Numbered from the stretch's first letter, positions 28,373 to 39,354 are shown. The stretch: DNA of 64,000 nt from Candidatus Woesearchaeota archaeon (GCA_016188065.1 JACPIN010000020.1:764-64763), one strand, 5' to 3'. Notes: generated by a model not told the origin, from the letters alone. A program made the numbers and translations.

Positions 28373-29988
28373 TTCTGTATTTTATAGATATTTATTTTAT
28401 TTCTTGACTGGATTAATTCATAATCAAGCTCATGATTTGAAACAATTAAATCAATATTCTCTGGTGGATTTAAAACATTTCCTATGGCAATATTTTGATT
28501 CATCCAAAAAGCCATCGGGATAAATTGTGGAGAACATAATGCCTGATTGAACTTTGTAATTGGATCTATGCAATCTCTCTCATCGAATATTATGTTTGTA
28601 TTTGCTGGGAAATTCTTGCTAAGCCATGCTCCCAAAATTATATGATCTTCATTGTACCAATAAGTTTTTGAGTTAACATAATCAACTGTGTAATTTGTCA
28701 TCCCGACCAATAAGAAGAATAAAATAAATACTTTCAGCAGACTATTTAATTTAATTCTTTTATAGAAGAAATTTACAATAAACGGCAAAATAAAAAATAA
28801 AATAGAGAACAAAATTATCGATTTAGATTCATATGTTATTATGCCCAGCCATGTAAGCGACATATTATTTACTGGGAATAGCGGGAAAAAGATTAGTTGA
28901 GATGATGCTGCCAGAATAATTGAGCTGAAAAAGATGGGTAGATTGTAAAGTTTTTTATTGCTTAAGCCTAAAAAACCAGTGATTAGAATCAACGGAAGCA
29001 AAACATCTAGATATCTTCCAATTGGTCTGCCAGTTAGCCAACCAAACGAGGTTTTATAAAATATTGTGGTTACATTATATTTTGCCAGGACGAACAAAGT
29101 TGTTGCCACTGAAAATAGAAATATCAAAGATAATACCTTTTGTTTTTTATTATCGGTTTTTACCTTAATAAAACTTATACTTGCCAATGAAAACAAAATT
29201 CCTGAGGCAAGAACCAAAAATCCTAGATAAAGAATAATCCATATCAAAAATGACAAAATTCCTGTCGAGCTAAAGAGGTTGTTAGCCTCAATTATGTTAT
29301 CATAAGTTCTGAAGAATACATTCAAGTTAAATCCTAACAAAAACATATTCCTCAAAGTCCAAGGTAAGATAACTCCAAGTCCAACTGCCAATATTGAAAG
29401 AGCTTTCTTTTTTGATGCGAAAAAGAACAATAAGCCAACTACGATAAACAGCATGAATGCAGAGGTTTTTGTCAAGAAAGTCAAGCCTATAAATATCCCT
29501 GAAATTATCGGATAAATTTTTCTCTCATCCGTGAATGATTTGTAAATGAAATATACTGAAAATAAGAATAAAGGATAAAAAATATTCTCTGCCATGATAT
29601 ATCCTGAAAAAGAAAAATTGCTAGGCAATATTGAGACTAAGACTGCAGCATACACGGCTTTCTTTTTTGAGGTGAATTCTTTGGTAATAAGCCATGAAGG
29701 GAATAGAATCAAAGAAGAGATTAGTGCATTAATTAGTTTCATTACTGGATAAATGATATTCATGCTTTTGAAGAGGTAAGCCGGGGCTAATGCTAACGAA
29801 TATAATGGCGGAAAAAAGGCTGCTTTTCCTCCAACTTGCAGATTGAGATCATAAAAAATACTTCTAGCCATTTTTGCATAAATATAACTATCTGAAAAGG
29901 CAGTCGGGTATGGGATTGTATAAGATAAAACGAATTTAGCCAGGACAAAAACAAGATACCAAATCATTAACTTCTTAATCCACTTCAT
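28369..29988 (-). CDS. GT-C fold membrane glycosyltransferase (ArnT/PMT-like)
   Basis: 539 aa with 12 or more TM helices and an acidic first-loop motif near the N-terminus. Operonic with the GT2 and flippase-like genes. Confidence 0.5.
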   Translation of the reverse strand: MKWIKKLMIWYLVFVLAKFVLSYTIPYPTAFSDSYIYAKMARSIFYDLNLQVGGKAAFFPPLYSLALAPAYLFKSMNIIYPVMKLINALISSLILFPSWLITKEFTSKKKAVYAAVLVSILPSNFSFSGYIMAENIFYPLFLFSVYFIYKSFTDERKIYPIISGIFIGLTFLTKTSAFMLFIVVGLLFFFASKKKALSILAVGLGVILPWTLRNMFLLGFNLNVFFRTYDNIIEANNLFSSTGILSFLIWIILYLGFLVLASGILFSLASISFIKVKTDNKKQKVLSLIFLFSVATTLFVLAKYNVTTIFYKTSFGWLTGRPIGRYLDVLLPLILITGFLGLSNKKLYNLPIFFSSIILAASSQLIFFPLFPVNNMSLTWLGIITYESKSIILFSILFFILPFIVNFFYKRIKLNSLLKVFILFFLLVGMTNYTVDYVNSKTYWYNEDHIILGAWLSKNFPANTNIIFDERDCIDPITKFNQALCSPQFIPMAFWMNQNIAIGNVLNPPENIDLIVSNHELDYELIQSRNKINIYKIQK

Positions 29989-30041
29989 AATCGTAATCTC
30001 GTTAAAAAAGGCTTTTAAGCTTTCCTTTATACCATTATATA

Positions 30042-31484
30042 ATGAAGCAACTTGAAAACAAAGTATTTTATTTTTTGACTGTCTTTTTAGGAATCATATT
30101 CCTGATAAATTTTATAAAAATAAGTTCTCTAGTGTCGTATTTTCCATTAAATGATTTCATGGACGGCACAAGCTATATGGGAAGATTAGCATTATTGATA
30201 AAATATGGTTATCATAGTTTTGCTCCTAACTGGTATAATGGATTTTATGTGCTGCAGCATTATGCTCCTGGCTGGTTTTTTTTTACGCTACCATTATATT
30301 GGCTGACAGAAAGTATTGAAATTTCAACTTTTATTTCTATGTTCCTTTCTTATCTATTAAGCCTAATATTCTTTATCATGTTAGGAAAAGAATTCAGAAT
30401 TTCTTTAATAAAATCAATAGCTTTTTTCTTACTGTTTTATCTCTCCCCTTCGGCGTTTTCAAGTTTTTTTAACTTGGGAAGGCTTCCTGAACTACTTGCC
30501 TTTACATTATTCATTCCTGCATTTGTTTTAATTTATAAAAATAGAGAGTTAAATAAAAAGTTCTTTTTCTTGTTCTTTCTATTATTCAGCATCTTAATGC
30601 TGCAGCAATCTTCAATAGTTGTTTTCTTTTCTTTTCTTGTACTTGGATTATTTTTTTTAATTAGCTGGAAACAAAGACTTATTTTAAGCATCTTGATGAT
30701 TGTTGCTTTATTGCTTTCCTTATTCTGGCTTATACCCTTTCTCAATGATGAGGGAACAGCATTACAATATATTCGAGGGATAACTGTAGCAAATTTCATT
30801 TCTTTTGGAACAATAATTTCAATATTATTTTTTATTAGCTTCTTATTTTTTTGGAATGGAAGAAATAGAAATCGACGTGATCTGATATTTTTCTTACCTA
30901 GCTTGATTCTTTGTTTTCTTTATGCGACAAGATTAGTTTCGTTTATACCAATCTTGGATAAGATATGGCCCAACTCTTATAACTTATTTTTTACTTTCTT
31001 AACAATATTTTTTATTCTGGCGACTCGCTTTCAAAATAATGTATATAAATTAGTTAATTTTAGTTTATATCTTATTCCATTACTTGTGTTATTAATACAC
31101 TTTTTGTATCCAGTTAATGGATTTGACTATGGTGATACTGAATATGAAATTATTTCTATGTTTGAAAATGTAAATGATAGGGTGCTGATTGTTTCTGCAG
31201 GGGAAAGACTCGTATCTACAAGATCCTTGCTTGCATATGCTACCCATTATTACAATATAACTACGCCTGATGGCTGGGGAGAGTTCAGTGTTCAGCAGAA
31301 ATTGTATGAAAATGTTGAAGACACGAAAATTGTAGAAAACAAAAGCTGTGAAGAGATTACCAATAATCTTATAGATTTAGAAATAAGACAGATAGTGGCT
31401 TTGTCTGATGCATGCAGGATTTTATCTGATTGCCAATATGACATGGTAATTAAAAAGGAAAATGTTTGTCTATTAAAATTATAA
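30042..31484 (+). CDS. polytopic membrane protein, possible GT-C glycosyltransferase
   Basis: 480 aa, many TM helices, no recognisable soluble domain. The call rests on genomic context only. Confidence 0.35.
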   Translation: MKQLENKVFYFLTVFLGIIFLINFIKISSLVSYFPLNDFMDGTSYMGRLALLIKYGYHSFAPNWYNGFYVLQHYAPGWFFFTLPLYWLTESIEISTFISMFLSYLLSLIFFIMLGKEFRISLIKSIAFFLLFYLSPSAFSSFFNLGRLPELLAFTLFIPAFVLIYKNRELNKKFFFLFFLLFSILMLQQSSIVVFFSFLVLGLFFLISWKQRLILSILMIVALLLSLFWLIPFLNDEGTALQYIRGITVANFISFGTIISILFFISFLFFWNGRNRNRRDLIFFLPSLILCFLYATRLVSFIPILDKIWPNSYNLFFTFLTIFFILATRFQNNVYKLVNFSLYLIPLLVLLIHFLYPVNGFDYGDTEYEIISMFENVNDRVLIVSAGERLVSTRSLLAYATHYYNITTPDGWGEFSVQQKLYENVEDTKIVENKSCEEITNNLIDLEIRQIVALSDACRILSDCQYDMVIKKENVCLLKL

Positions 31485-31967
31485 AAACCTGTACAGAAGA
31501 GTTACCGTAATATAACTTAACACTCCAAAGAAAATTCCTCCTAGAACATCCCAAATGTCATGCTGTTTGAGCAATATCCTTGATGACCCTACTAAGATTA
31601 CTAGAATTGTAAAAAATAAAATCGTATATAAATCTGAAAAAATTCCAATCATAGATAATGATATCATTGTTATTCTTAAAGTATGGACACTTGGAAATGC
31701 ATGCCTGTCTGTTTTCATGAGGATTTTATTAAATCCTTTTAAAGAAGTCTCATTTTTTGTCTTCGCCGGTCTTGATTTTGAATAGATTATCTTGATTAGT
31801 GTTCCTAAAAGCATTCCGACAATAAGAAGCAAAAAAAGTTTAAGGCTCAGAATATACATCTTAAAGATAAACATTAGAATTATCAAAAAACAATAGAATG
31901 GTAGCCCCCCTAAAGCGGATATATCCGCGATTAATTTCATGAGAATTTGTTTATTCATTATCCCCAT
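31479..31967 (-). CDS. PAP2-family lipid phosphatase
   Basis: KIIYSKSRP (Kx6RP), PSVH (PSGH-like) and SRILLKQHDIWD (SRx5Hx3D). The ORF-track start at 32048 overlaps the divergent SDR gene, so Met 31967 is preferred. Confidence 0.7.
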   Translation of the reverse strand: MGIMNKQILMKLIADISALGGLPFYCFLIILMFIFKMYILSLKLFLLLIVGMLLGTLIKIIYSKSRPAKTKNETSLKGFNKILMKTDRHAFPSVHTLRITMISLSMIGIFSDLYTILFFTILVILVGSSRILLKQHDIWDVLGGIFFGVLSYITVTLLYRFL

Positions 31968-32019
31968 TATGCCTTCATAATATTTATAAAGTGCATATAA
32001 AGGTTTCTCTATTGGTAAA

Positions 32020-33018
32020 ATGCGAGACGTTGTATTTGTTACTGGCACTCCTGGTTGGCTTGGCTCTGCATTAGTTGAGGCACTAAAAAAAAATAAAAGG
32101 AAGGTTCGATGTCTGGTGCTTAAAGGAGCATCATTATTACATTTGCAGAACTTAGGTGTTGAGATTGTAGAAGGGGATATTGCTGTTCCTTCTTCTATAA
32201 AAGATGATTATTTCACAGATGTTTGTACTGTTTTTCATTGCGCGGGGATTATTCATCCAAAATTATTTCGTGCGAGAGATTTCTATAAGATAAATCGAGA
32301 CGGCACTAAAAATTTACTTGAAAAATCTGTATCTGCAGGAGTGGAGAAATTTATCTATATTAGTAGTAATGCTGCAGCAGGAGTTAACAAAGTAAATGGA
32401 AATCTAATGCGAGAGGGGGATACTGAAAATCCTTATACAGATTACGGCAAAAGCAAATGGCAGGCTGAGCAAGTTGTTAAGGAATTTCAAAATAAAAGAT
32501 TAATTAAGACAGTAATAATCCGCCCATGCTGGTTCTACGGCCCTAAACTGCCAGACAGGATGATAAAATTAGCTAAAATGATAAAATCTGGAAAGCCTCT
32601 ACTGTTTGGAGATGGAAAGAATCTTAGAAGCATGACTTATGTGTATGACCTTGTTGATGCTTTGATTCTTGCTGAAAAAAATAATAATGCAATAGGTCAG
32701 ACCTACTGGATAACGGATGAAAGGCCATACACTACAATAGAAATCTATCGGACCATGGCAAAAATATTCGAAGTGGATAATTTAGAATTTAGAAAAATAC
32801 CTGCTTCAGTATCTATCGTTTTAGAATTAGTTGACAAAACCTTAGGAAAATTTGGAATATATGAGATTAATTTCCACGTCGGTGGAGAGATGACAAGAGA
32901 TATTGCAGTCAGTATAGAGAAAGCCAAAAATGAGCTCGGATGGAAACCTAAACATGGGGGATTAGAAGAAGGGATGAGAGAATCTTTGAAATGGGCGATG
33001 GAGAATAATTTAATATAA
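32020..33018 (+). CDS. NAD-dependent epimerase/dehydratase (SDR)
   Basis: VTGTPGWLG (GxxGxxG) and YGKSKWQAE (YxxxK). Confidence 0.7.
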   Translation: MRDVVFVTGTPGWLGSALVEALKKNKRKVRCLVLKGASLLHLQNLGVEIVEGDIAVPSSIKDDYFTDVCTVFHCAGIIHPKLFRARDFYKINRDGTKNLLEKSVSAGVEKFIYISSNAAAGVNKVNGNLMREGDTENPYTDYGKSKWQAEQVVKEFQNKRLIKTVIIRPCWFYGPKLPDRMIKLAKMIKSGKPLLFGDGKNLRSMTYVYDLVDALILAEKNNNAIGQTYWITDERPYTTIEIYRTMAKIFEVDNLEFRKIPASVSIVLELVDKTLGKFGIYEINFHVGGEMTRDIAVSIEKAKNELGWKPKHGGLEEGMRESLKWAMENNLI

Positions 33019-33037
33019 TTGATATTCAAATTATTTT

Positions 33038-34063
33038 ATGAAAAAGGTTTTAATCACCGGGGGTTCTGGATTCTTTGGAGAACATCTTGCTGAAAGAATT
33101 CTTAAAGAAAATAATGAGATAGTTATATTTGATATTAATACCCCTTCTGAAAAAATTAAAAACTATGTAAAGTTTATCAGTGGCGACATAACAAACAAAC
33201 AAGAAATTATGAACGCCTGCAAAAATATTGACCTAGTCTACCATTCTGTTGCACTTGTCCCAATATCACGTGCAGGAGATCTTTTTCACAAAGTTAATGT
33301 TGTTGGTACAAGGAATCTTCTTGAGGCGTGTTTGATTAATAGAGTAAAAAAGGTTATACATATTTCCAGCAGCTCAGTTTATGGAATCCCCAGGGAATTT
33401 CCGTTGAAAGAAGATTCTGAATTAAGGCCTTTTGGTGAATATGCATCGACAAAATATCAGGCTGAGGAAATGTGCATGGAATATATAAAGAAAGGTATTA
33501 GTATAACAATTATCAGACCCAGAACAATTGTCGGCGAGGGAAGACTTGGGATTGTTGGAGTTATGTTTGATTGGATGCGCCGTGGAAAAAACATTTACTT
33601 GATTGGTTCTGGCAAAAACTATTATCAATTTATAAGCCCTTCTGATCTTGCAGATGCTTGCGTTCTGGCTGCTAAAAAAAATTACAATGAAGTTTTCAAT
33701 ATAGGAGCTGAGCAGTACAGAACATTAAGAGAAGATTTGACTGCATTAGCAGATTATGCCGGGAGCGGTGCAAAAGTTGTTGGCTTCCCATCTTCAGTGA
33801 TAAAATCCGGATTGTGGGTTCTTGATGTATTAAAATTGTCACCTTTTGTCTACTGGCATTATATGACTATCGACAAGAATTATGCTTTTGATGTAACTAA
33901 AGCAAAAAATATGCTTGGGTGGAAGCCGGAAAAGAGTAATTTTGATTGTCTCAAGGAAGCATATGACTGGTATCTAAAGAATTATAAAAATTTGAAATAT
34001 GGAAACACACACAAATCAGTTCCAAAACAGAAGCTACTAAAGATCGTGAGGGCATTTTCATGA
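33038..34063 (+). CDS. NAD-dependent epimerase/dehydratase (SDR)
   Basis: LITGGSGFFGEHL and YASTKYQAE. Confidence 0.7.
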   Translation: MKKVLITGGSGFFGEHLAERILKENNEIVIFDINTPSEKIKNYVKFISGDITNKQEIMNACKNIDLVYHSVALVPISRAGDLFHKVNVVGTRNLLEACLINRVKKVIHISSSSVYGIPREFPLKEDSELRPFGEYASTKYQAEEMCMEYIKKGISITIIRPRTIVGEGRLGIVGVMFDWMRRGKNIYLIGSGKNYYQFISPSDLADACVLAAKKNYNEVFNIGAEQYRTLREDLTALADYAGSGAKVVGFPSSVIKSGLWVLDVLKLSPFVYWHYMTIDKNYAFDVTKAKNMLGWKPEKSNFDCLKEAYDWYLKNYKNLKYGNTHKSVPKQKLLKIVRAFS

Positions 34064-34935
34064 ACAGATTTTTAAAATTCATATATGAAGGGATTAGATT
34101 ATGCAGACCCCATCAATGGTATAAAAATCTTTTAATTTTTCTACCAATTGTCTTTTCAAAGAATCTACTGACTGCAGAATTATGGTCTCCATTAATTCTT
34201 GGCTTTATCTCTTTAGTATTGATTTCATCTGTTAATTATATTTTCAATGATGCAATTGATTACCAAAAAGACAGAAAAAACCCTGAAAAGATGCACAGGC
34301 CAATAGCTTCCGGAATAATTTCCAGCTGGCGTGCTTCTATAATTGCAATGTTGTTATTATTTGGAGCATTGTACGTCTCTTTCTCTCTCAATATTATCTT
34401 TTTTTATATTGTGATCATGCTATTCTTTTTGACATTGATTTATTCTGTTTATCTTAAAAACGAATTGTTTGCAGACATTATAATTATTGGAATAAACTTT
34501 GTATTGAGGACAATTAGCGGTTCTATTCTGATGAATGCTGAAATCAGTCCTTGGGTAATAATATGCGTGTTCTTTTTCACATTGTTCCTTACTGTTGGAA
34601 AAAGGTATAGCGAGATAATTTTTCTCAAAGATGGTGCTTCTAATCACAGAAAAGTTCTTAATGAATATGACTCAAAAACATTAAACTCACTTATGGATAT
34701 AAGCACAACCGTTTTTATTATCACATTTAGCATTTTTACATTTTTCTCGCAACATAGCCAGAACCTAATCTATCTAGTTCCACTATTTGTGTATGTGATA
34801 TTAAGATATACCTGGCTTATTCGAAATGGGTCCATTATTGCAAGACATCCTGAGAAAATATACAAAGACAAGAAACTTTTTGTTTCGTTGCTGCTTTTTA
34901 TTTTCTTAAGCACTCTACTGATTTACTTCCCATAA
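34060..34935 (+). CDS. UbiA-family prenyl-phosphate phosphoribosyltransferase-like protein (DPPR synthase-like)
   Basis: NDAIDYQKDRKNPEKMHRPIASG closely matches the NDxxDxxxD...RPIAAG motif of decaprenyl-phosphate 5-phosphoribosyltransferase. Multi-TM. Confidence 0.65.
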   Translation: MNRFLKFIYEGIRLCRPHQWYKNLLIFLPIVFSKNLLTAELWSPLILGFISLVLISSVNYIFNDAIDYQKDRKNPEKMHRPIASGIISSWRASIIAMLLLFGALYVSFSLNIIFFYIVIMLFFLTLIYSVYLKNELFADIIIIGINFVLRTISGSILMNAEISPWVIICVFFFTLFLTVGKRYSEIIFLKDGASNHRKVLNEYDSKTLNSLMDISTTVFIITFSIFTFFSQHSQNLIYLVPLFVYVILRYTWLIRNGSIIARHPEKIYKDKKLFVSLLLFIFLSTLLIYFP

Positions 34936-34982
34936 CCCTTAAATACTTTAGTGAAACTTTATGTATACTATTCAGAGAGAAT

Positions 34983-36455
34983 ATGAATAGAGAAATACTA
35001 CTAATACAACCAAAAGCAGGTAGCTGGGAAACCTTAGGAATCAGACCCCCTGATGGGCTTTTAACTCTCGCGGCTATACCTAAAAAAGAAGGATACAATA
35101 TAAAAATATTAGATCTCAGATTGGAAAGAGATTGGAGATCCGTTGTTAGAAAACATGTTGAAAATGGACCTTTACTTGTTGCTACAACTTCTATGACTGG
35201 TCCTCAAATAAAATATGCTTTGGAACTTTCTCAATTTGTTAAGCAAATAGACAAATCAGTTCCTATCATATGGGGGGGATTGCATCCGACATTTTTACCT
35301 GAGCAAACTCTTGAAAATGAAAGCATCGACATTGTTGTTATTGATGAGGGAGATTTGACTTTCATTGATCTAATAAAGACCATTGAGAAAAACAAACCAT
35401 TAAAAGATGTGCTCGGAATTGCTTACAAAGATTCAGAAGATAAGATACATAAAAACCCCCCTCGAGGATTAATAAAAGATTTAGATACTCTTCCAGATAC
35501 TCCTTATGATTTAATAGATCTAAAAAAATATTATGGATTGGACATTGAGAAAGGAGAACCCTCAATAACCCTTATGACAAGCAGAGGATGCCCCTTTAAA
35601 TGCAATTTCTGCTATGATACAAAACTTTATGGAAATACTTGGAGAGCTTATTCTGTAGAAAGAACAATAAATATGATTAAAGATGTTGTTGAAAAATTTG
35701 GTGTTAAGAACATTTATTTCCAAGATGATAATTTTGCTACAAACTTGAAAAGATTCAAAGACATTATTCACAGAATTATTTAAGAGAAGATAGACATCAA
35801 ATTCGGGTTGCTTGGGATAAGAGTAGATACTCTCCAAATACTTGATGATAATTTTCTAAAGGACTTGAGTAGATCGGGCTGTGTTAACATTGATTCAGGT
35901 ATAGAATCTGGGAATGACAGGATTCTGAAGATGATTAGAAAGGGCATTACTTCACAACAAGTCAGAGAAGTGAATAAGAAAATGGGGAGATATAATTTCA
36001 ATGCCAAATATACATTCATTCTTGGCTATCCCTCTGAAACTAAAGATGAAATGATGGATTCTGTAAGGCTGGCACTGCAACTAGTAAAGGACAATAAAAA
36101 TGCGTACACCCCATTTTTTGTTTATGCTGCTTATCCTGGTGTTGGCCTTTGGGAGATTGCAAAACAATATGGACTTGAAGAACCTAAAAAATTAGAAGAT
36201 TGGTGCACAATTGATTTTGATAACGCCTACAATAATTATCCCTGGTTGAATGAAAAACAAATAAAAATAATAAAGAATATTGCATTCACTTCATTTTTTG
36301 CCAATAAAAACATAAAATATAAGATTTCCAGAAGATATCTAAGATTATTATTTGATCTTTACCAGCCATTTGCAAAATTAAGATTTAGATATAACCTTTA
36401 TCAGTTTCCAATTGACAGGGTATTGGCTAAGTCAGTAGCAAACTCAATGTACTGA
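34983..36455 (+). CDS. B12-binding (class B) radical SAM protein interrupted by an in-frame TAA at 35781-35783
   Basis: Cobalamin-domain N-terminus, SRGCPFKCNFC, then after the stop the same frame continues with ...IDSGIESGNDRILKMIRKGI and the rSAM C-terminal half. Confidence 0.65.
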
Positions 36456-36496
36456 TTTTCAATACTCTTAAAAATGTTTTTTCCTAGATCCTATCG

Positions 36497-38074
36497 ATGA
36501 GATATAGGATGAAGATTGCACTTTTTTTGATAGTCCTAATGATTGCAGTCGCACTGAGAGTTTATTCAATGCAACATTATGTCGGTGTTAATTCTAATGG
36601 TTTTAATGCTGAGCCATTATATGGTGATGAAGCAGCTTATTATGAACTTGGGAGAAATGTTTACTTAGGAGAAGGGCCTGTAGAATACGTTGTCTGGGAT
36701 TTATGGGCACATAATGAGGTTCCTCATTTGCATTCTTTTTGGCCGCCGTTTTTTGCATATCTTATAGGGGCATTATTTTATATTTTTGGTGAAAGCATTT
36801 TTGTAATAAGGTTATTTGCATTTATCATCTCTTTACTAACGGTAATTTTAACTTATTATATTGGAAGTAAAATTTATGATAATAAAATTGGATTAATTGC
36901 AATGTTTCTAATTGCAATTAATCCATTTCATATTTTTCATTCCGGACTTATCATGATTGAGAATTTATTTACTTTTTTTGTATTGCTATTCATATTTTTT
37001 GCATATAAATCCTTTTACCATGGAAAATTAATTTATTGGATTTTACTTGGATTGAGCTTGGGGATAGCGACTATAACAAGGTATTTCGGATTTTTATTGT
37101 TAATAGGTTTGATGATTATTATTTTCATCAGAAGAAAAAATATAAAAATAAGTTATGCATTGATTTCACTTATAATTTTCCTTTTTGTGATTCTCCCAGT
37201 TGGAATCCAAACATATAAGAATTTTGGATCTCCGTTTTACTCTACAAGCACCTACATGAAATATGTTGATCATAGGGTTAGCTATTATGAGCCAAATCCG
37301 CCAAGCCTTGAAAAATATTTGAGCAGACCGATTGGAGAATTAGTTTATGAACGCCTTTACGGTGTTGGAAGGGTAATTGTCCTTTTCCCTCAAATTATTA
37401 CCCCAATAATATTTGCATTACTATTTTTATCATTAATTTTCATTGATAGATTTTCTAAATTTGTATTAACTTTTTTTGTAATATTTTATTTTTTTATTAT
37501 ACTTTCAATAGGTCCAGGATATTTAATAGGGGAAAGGTACCTAATATATTTTGTTCCATCACTTTTAATAATAGCTGCTTACTCTATGAAAAGTTTGGTT
37601 GATAAAGATAATAGACATATTAAACATGCTGTTGTAGCAATGTTAATCTTTACATTTTTATTTTCTTCTGCGAGGATAATAAATTTTTTTGACGAGTATC
37701 CGACTCCTGAGCAAAGAAACATCCTTGGATTCAATGACAAAGATATCTATGAAATGAGTTTGTGGATAAAGAGAAATACGCATAAAGATGATGTAATGAT
37801 GTCCGACTCTTTTTCCATTTCAAGATTTTTTTTCGATAGAAGGATTGTTAATAACCCTTATCCGAGGATTATCTCAATGAACTTGAATGATTACTCTGAA
37901 GAAGCTAAAACAATCCATATTGATCAGGCCAAGAAATTTAATGTTTCTTATTTAATGATCACTCCAAGAAGCGGTGATAGGGAGGAAATATTGTATGGAT
38001 TTTCTGAGTTTGAGCCTGAACTTATAAAGAATATAAGTGGGGTTTACTTATACAAATTGGATAAGTCAAAATGA
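36497..38074 (+). CDS. GT-C fold membrane glycosyltransferase (ArnT/PMT-like, GT39/83-type)
   Basis: 525 aa multi-TM. First-loop YGDEAAYYELG resembles the DE-x-x-Y catalytic motif of ArnT/PMT enzymes. Confidence 0.55.
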   Translation: MRYRMKIALFLIVLMIAVALRVYSMQHYVGVNSNGFNAEPLYGDEAAYYELGRNVYLGEGPVEYVVWDLWAHNEVPHLHSFWPPFFAYLIGALFYIFGESIFVIRLFAFIISLLTVILTYYIGSKIYDNKIGLIAMFLIAINPFHIFHSGLIMIENLFTFFVLLFIFFAYKSFYHGKLIYWILLGLSLGIATITRYFGFLLLIGLMIIIFIRRKNIKISYALISLIIFLFVILPVGIQTYKNFGSPFYSTSTYMKYVDHRVSYYEPNPPSLEKYLSRPIGELVYERLYGVGRVIVLFPQIITPIIFALLFLSLIFIDRFSKFVLTFFVIFYFFIILSIGPGYLIGERYLIYFVPSLLIIAAYSMKSLVDKDNRHIKHAVVAMLIFTFLFSSARIINFFDEYPTPEQRNILGFNDKDIYEMSLWIKRNTHKDDVMMSDSFSISRFFFDRRIVNNPYPRIISMNLNDYSEEAKTIHIDQAKKFNVSYLMITPRSGDREEILYGFSEFEPELIKNISGVYLYKLDKSK

Positions 38075-39309
38075 AAGAAGATTTTTTTGCCTATATTATA
38101 ATAATCCTTGCATTTACTATCCCTCTGATTTTGCTAGTTAATCTGTCTTTTTGCGACCTTGATTCTGACGAATGTTTACTTCGCATTGAGCCTTTAATGC
38201 CTGATTTTTACTGGCATCATAATATTATCAAATATGTAGCTTCTCACGGGGATTTTCCTGATTATGTGCTTGGATATGAAGACGGAGGAGAATCTGGCGA
38301 TTCCCTATATGGAAAGACGAAACCTGTTTTACATAGCCCATTATATTATTATATCGCTGCTGGAGTTTTAATCCTTTCAAAGAAATTTTCTCTTAACCCA
38401 CTTCTAAACCTGCATATACTCTCCTTGCTCTTTACCCTTATAGCCAATATATTCTTTTATTTTTTTACTAAAAAAATTTCTGCAGGGATGTACAAAAAAA
38501 ATCGTTTCACTATCTCGGCTATTGCGCTTTCTGTTTTCCTGCCAATTAATCTTTATATGGGATTGGCCATACATAATCATGCATTTTTTTATGCTATGGC
38601 TATGTTAAGCCTTTATCTATTTGCATTATTTAATGAAAAGAATAGCTTATTCATGGCATTAGCTTTTGGAATCATTCTGGGAGTATCTCTTTTATCGAAT
38701 TTAATTGGAATAACCCTGCTCGTGGCGCTACTCATTTACATTGCCTATATTATACATGGGCGGGAATTTAACGAAGCTAGACTACTTATAATTTCACTAT
38801 TGATTGGGAGCTTTATCGGTGCCTTTGTTTTGGCCAGGAATTATATCTTATTTGGCGAGTTTATCTGGGCCGGACTTTTTGAGCCAGTTACAAGAAACGC
38901 TTTTGTTTTACTTCATGTTTTAACCTCTTATTTCGGGGGGGTATATGGAAGGATCCCTTTTATTTTTCCTTTAGCGGGACTTGCAAGTTTATTTGTATTG
39001 ATAGTTAGTGTTTTTGGTTTTTTTAACCCTCTGATGTGGAAAAAAGATCTGCAGTATATATGGATTATTGGAATATTAACCCTAATTTTTGGATTCAATA
39101 CGGTGTGCAGCGTATTTTCTTTTTTCAAAACTTTTTCTTGTACAGGAAATATTGTACATGGAAGATATTTTCTTTTAGCAAATCCCCTCCTTATTCTGTT
39201 TTTTTCATCTGGTTTTGCTAGATTTATTAAAAATAAAAAAATATTTTATTTTATTCTAGCGCTCATCTGTACTTTATATTTAATAGATTTCATGTACGCC
39301 TTTTTTTAA
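38071..39309 (+). CDS. polytopic membrane protein (glycosylation-associated)
   Basis: 412 aa multi-TM. ATGA-coupled to the upstream GT-C gene. Confidence 0.35.
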   Translation: MKEDFFAYIIIILAFTIPLILLVNLSFCDLDSDECLLRIEPLMPDFYWHHNIIKYVASHGDFPDYVLGYEDGGESGDSLYGKTKPVLHSPLYYYIAAGVLILSKKFSLNPLLNLHILSLLFTLIANIFFYFFTKKISAGMYKKNRFTISAIALSVFLPINLYMGLAIHNHAFFYAMAMLSLYLFALFNEKNSLFMALAFGIILGVSLLSNLIGITLLVALLIYIAYIIHGREFNEARLLIISLLIGSFIGAFVLARNYILFGEFIWAGLFEPVTRNAFVLLHVLTSYFGGVYGRIPFIFPLAGLASLFVLIVSVFGFFNPLMWKKDLQYIWIIGILTLIFGFNTVCSVFSFFKTFSCTGNIVHGRYFLLANPLLILFFSSGFARFIKNKKIFYFILALICTLYLIDFMYAFF

Positions 39310-39354
39310 TTTTATCAAAGGTCATACTTAAAAGATGTTAAAATGTCGGTTGCC

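Noticed and set aside
35781-35783. Genome-wide stop-codon reassignment (TAA as sense)
   Set aside because: All other genes in the window terminate normally at TAA/TAG/TGA and none contains an internal TAA. The single in-frame TAA is better explained as a nonsense mutation or an error.
28369-39309. Large polytopic membrane proteins as the oligosaccharyltransferase AglB/STT3
   Set aside because: None is long enough (700 aa or more) or contains a WWDYG-type motif. They look like ArnT/PMT-like GT-C enzymes or unassigned membrane proteins.
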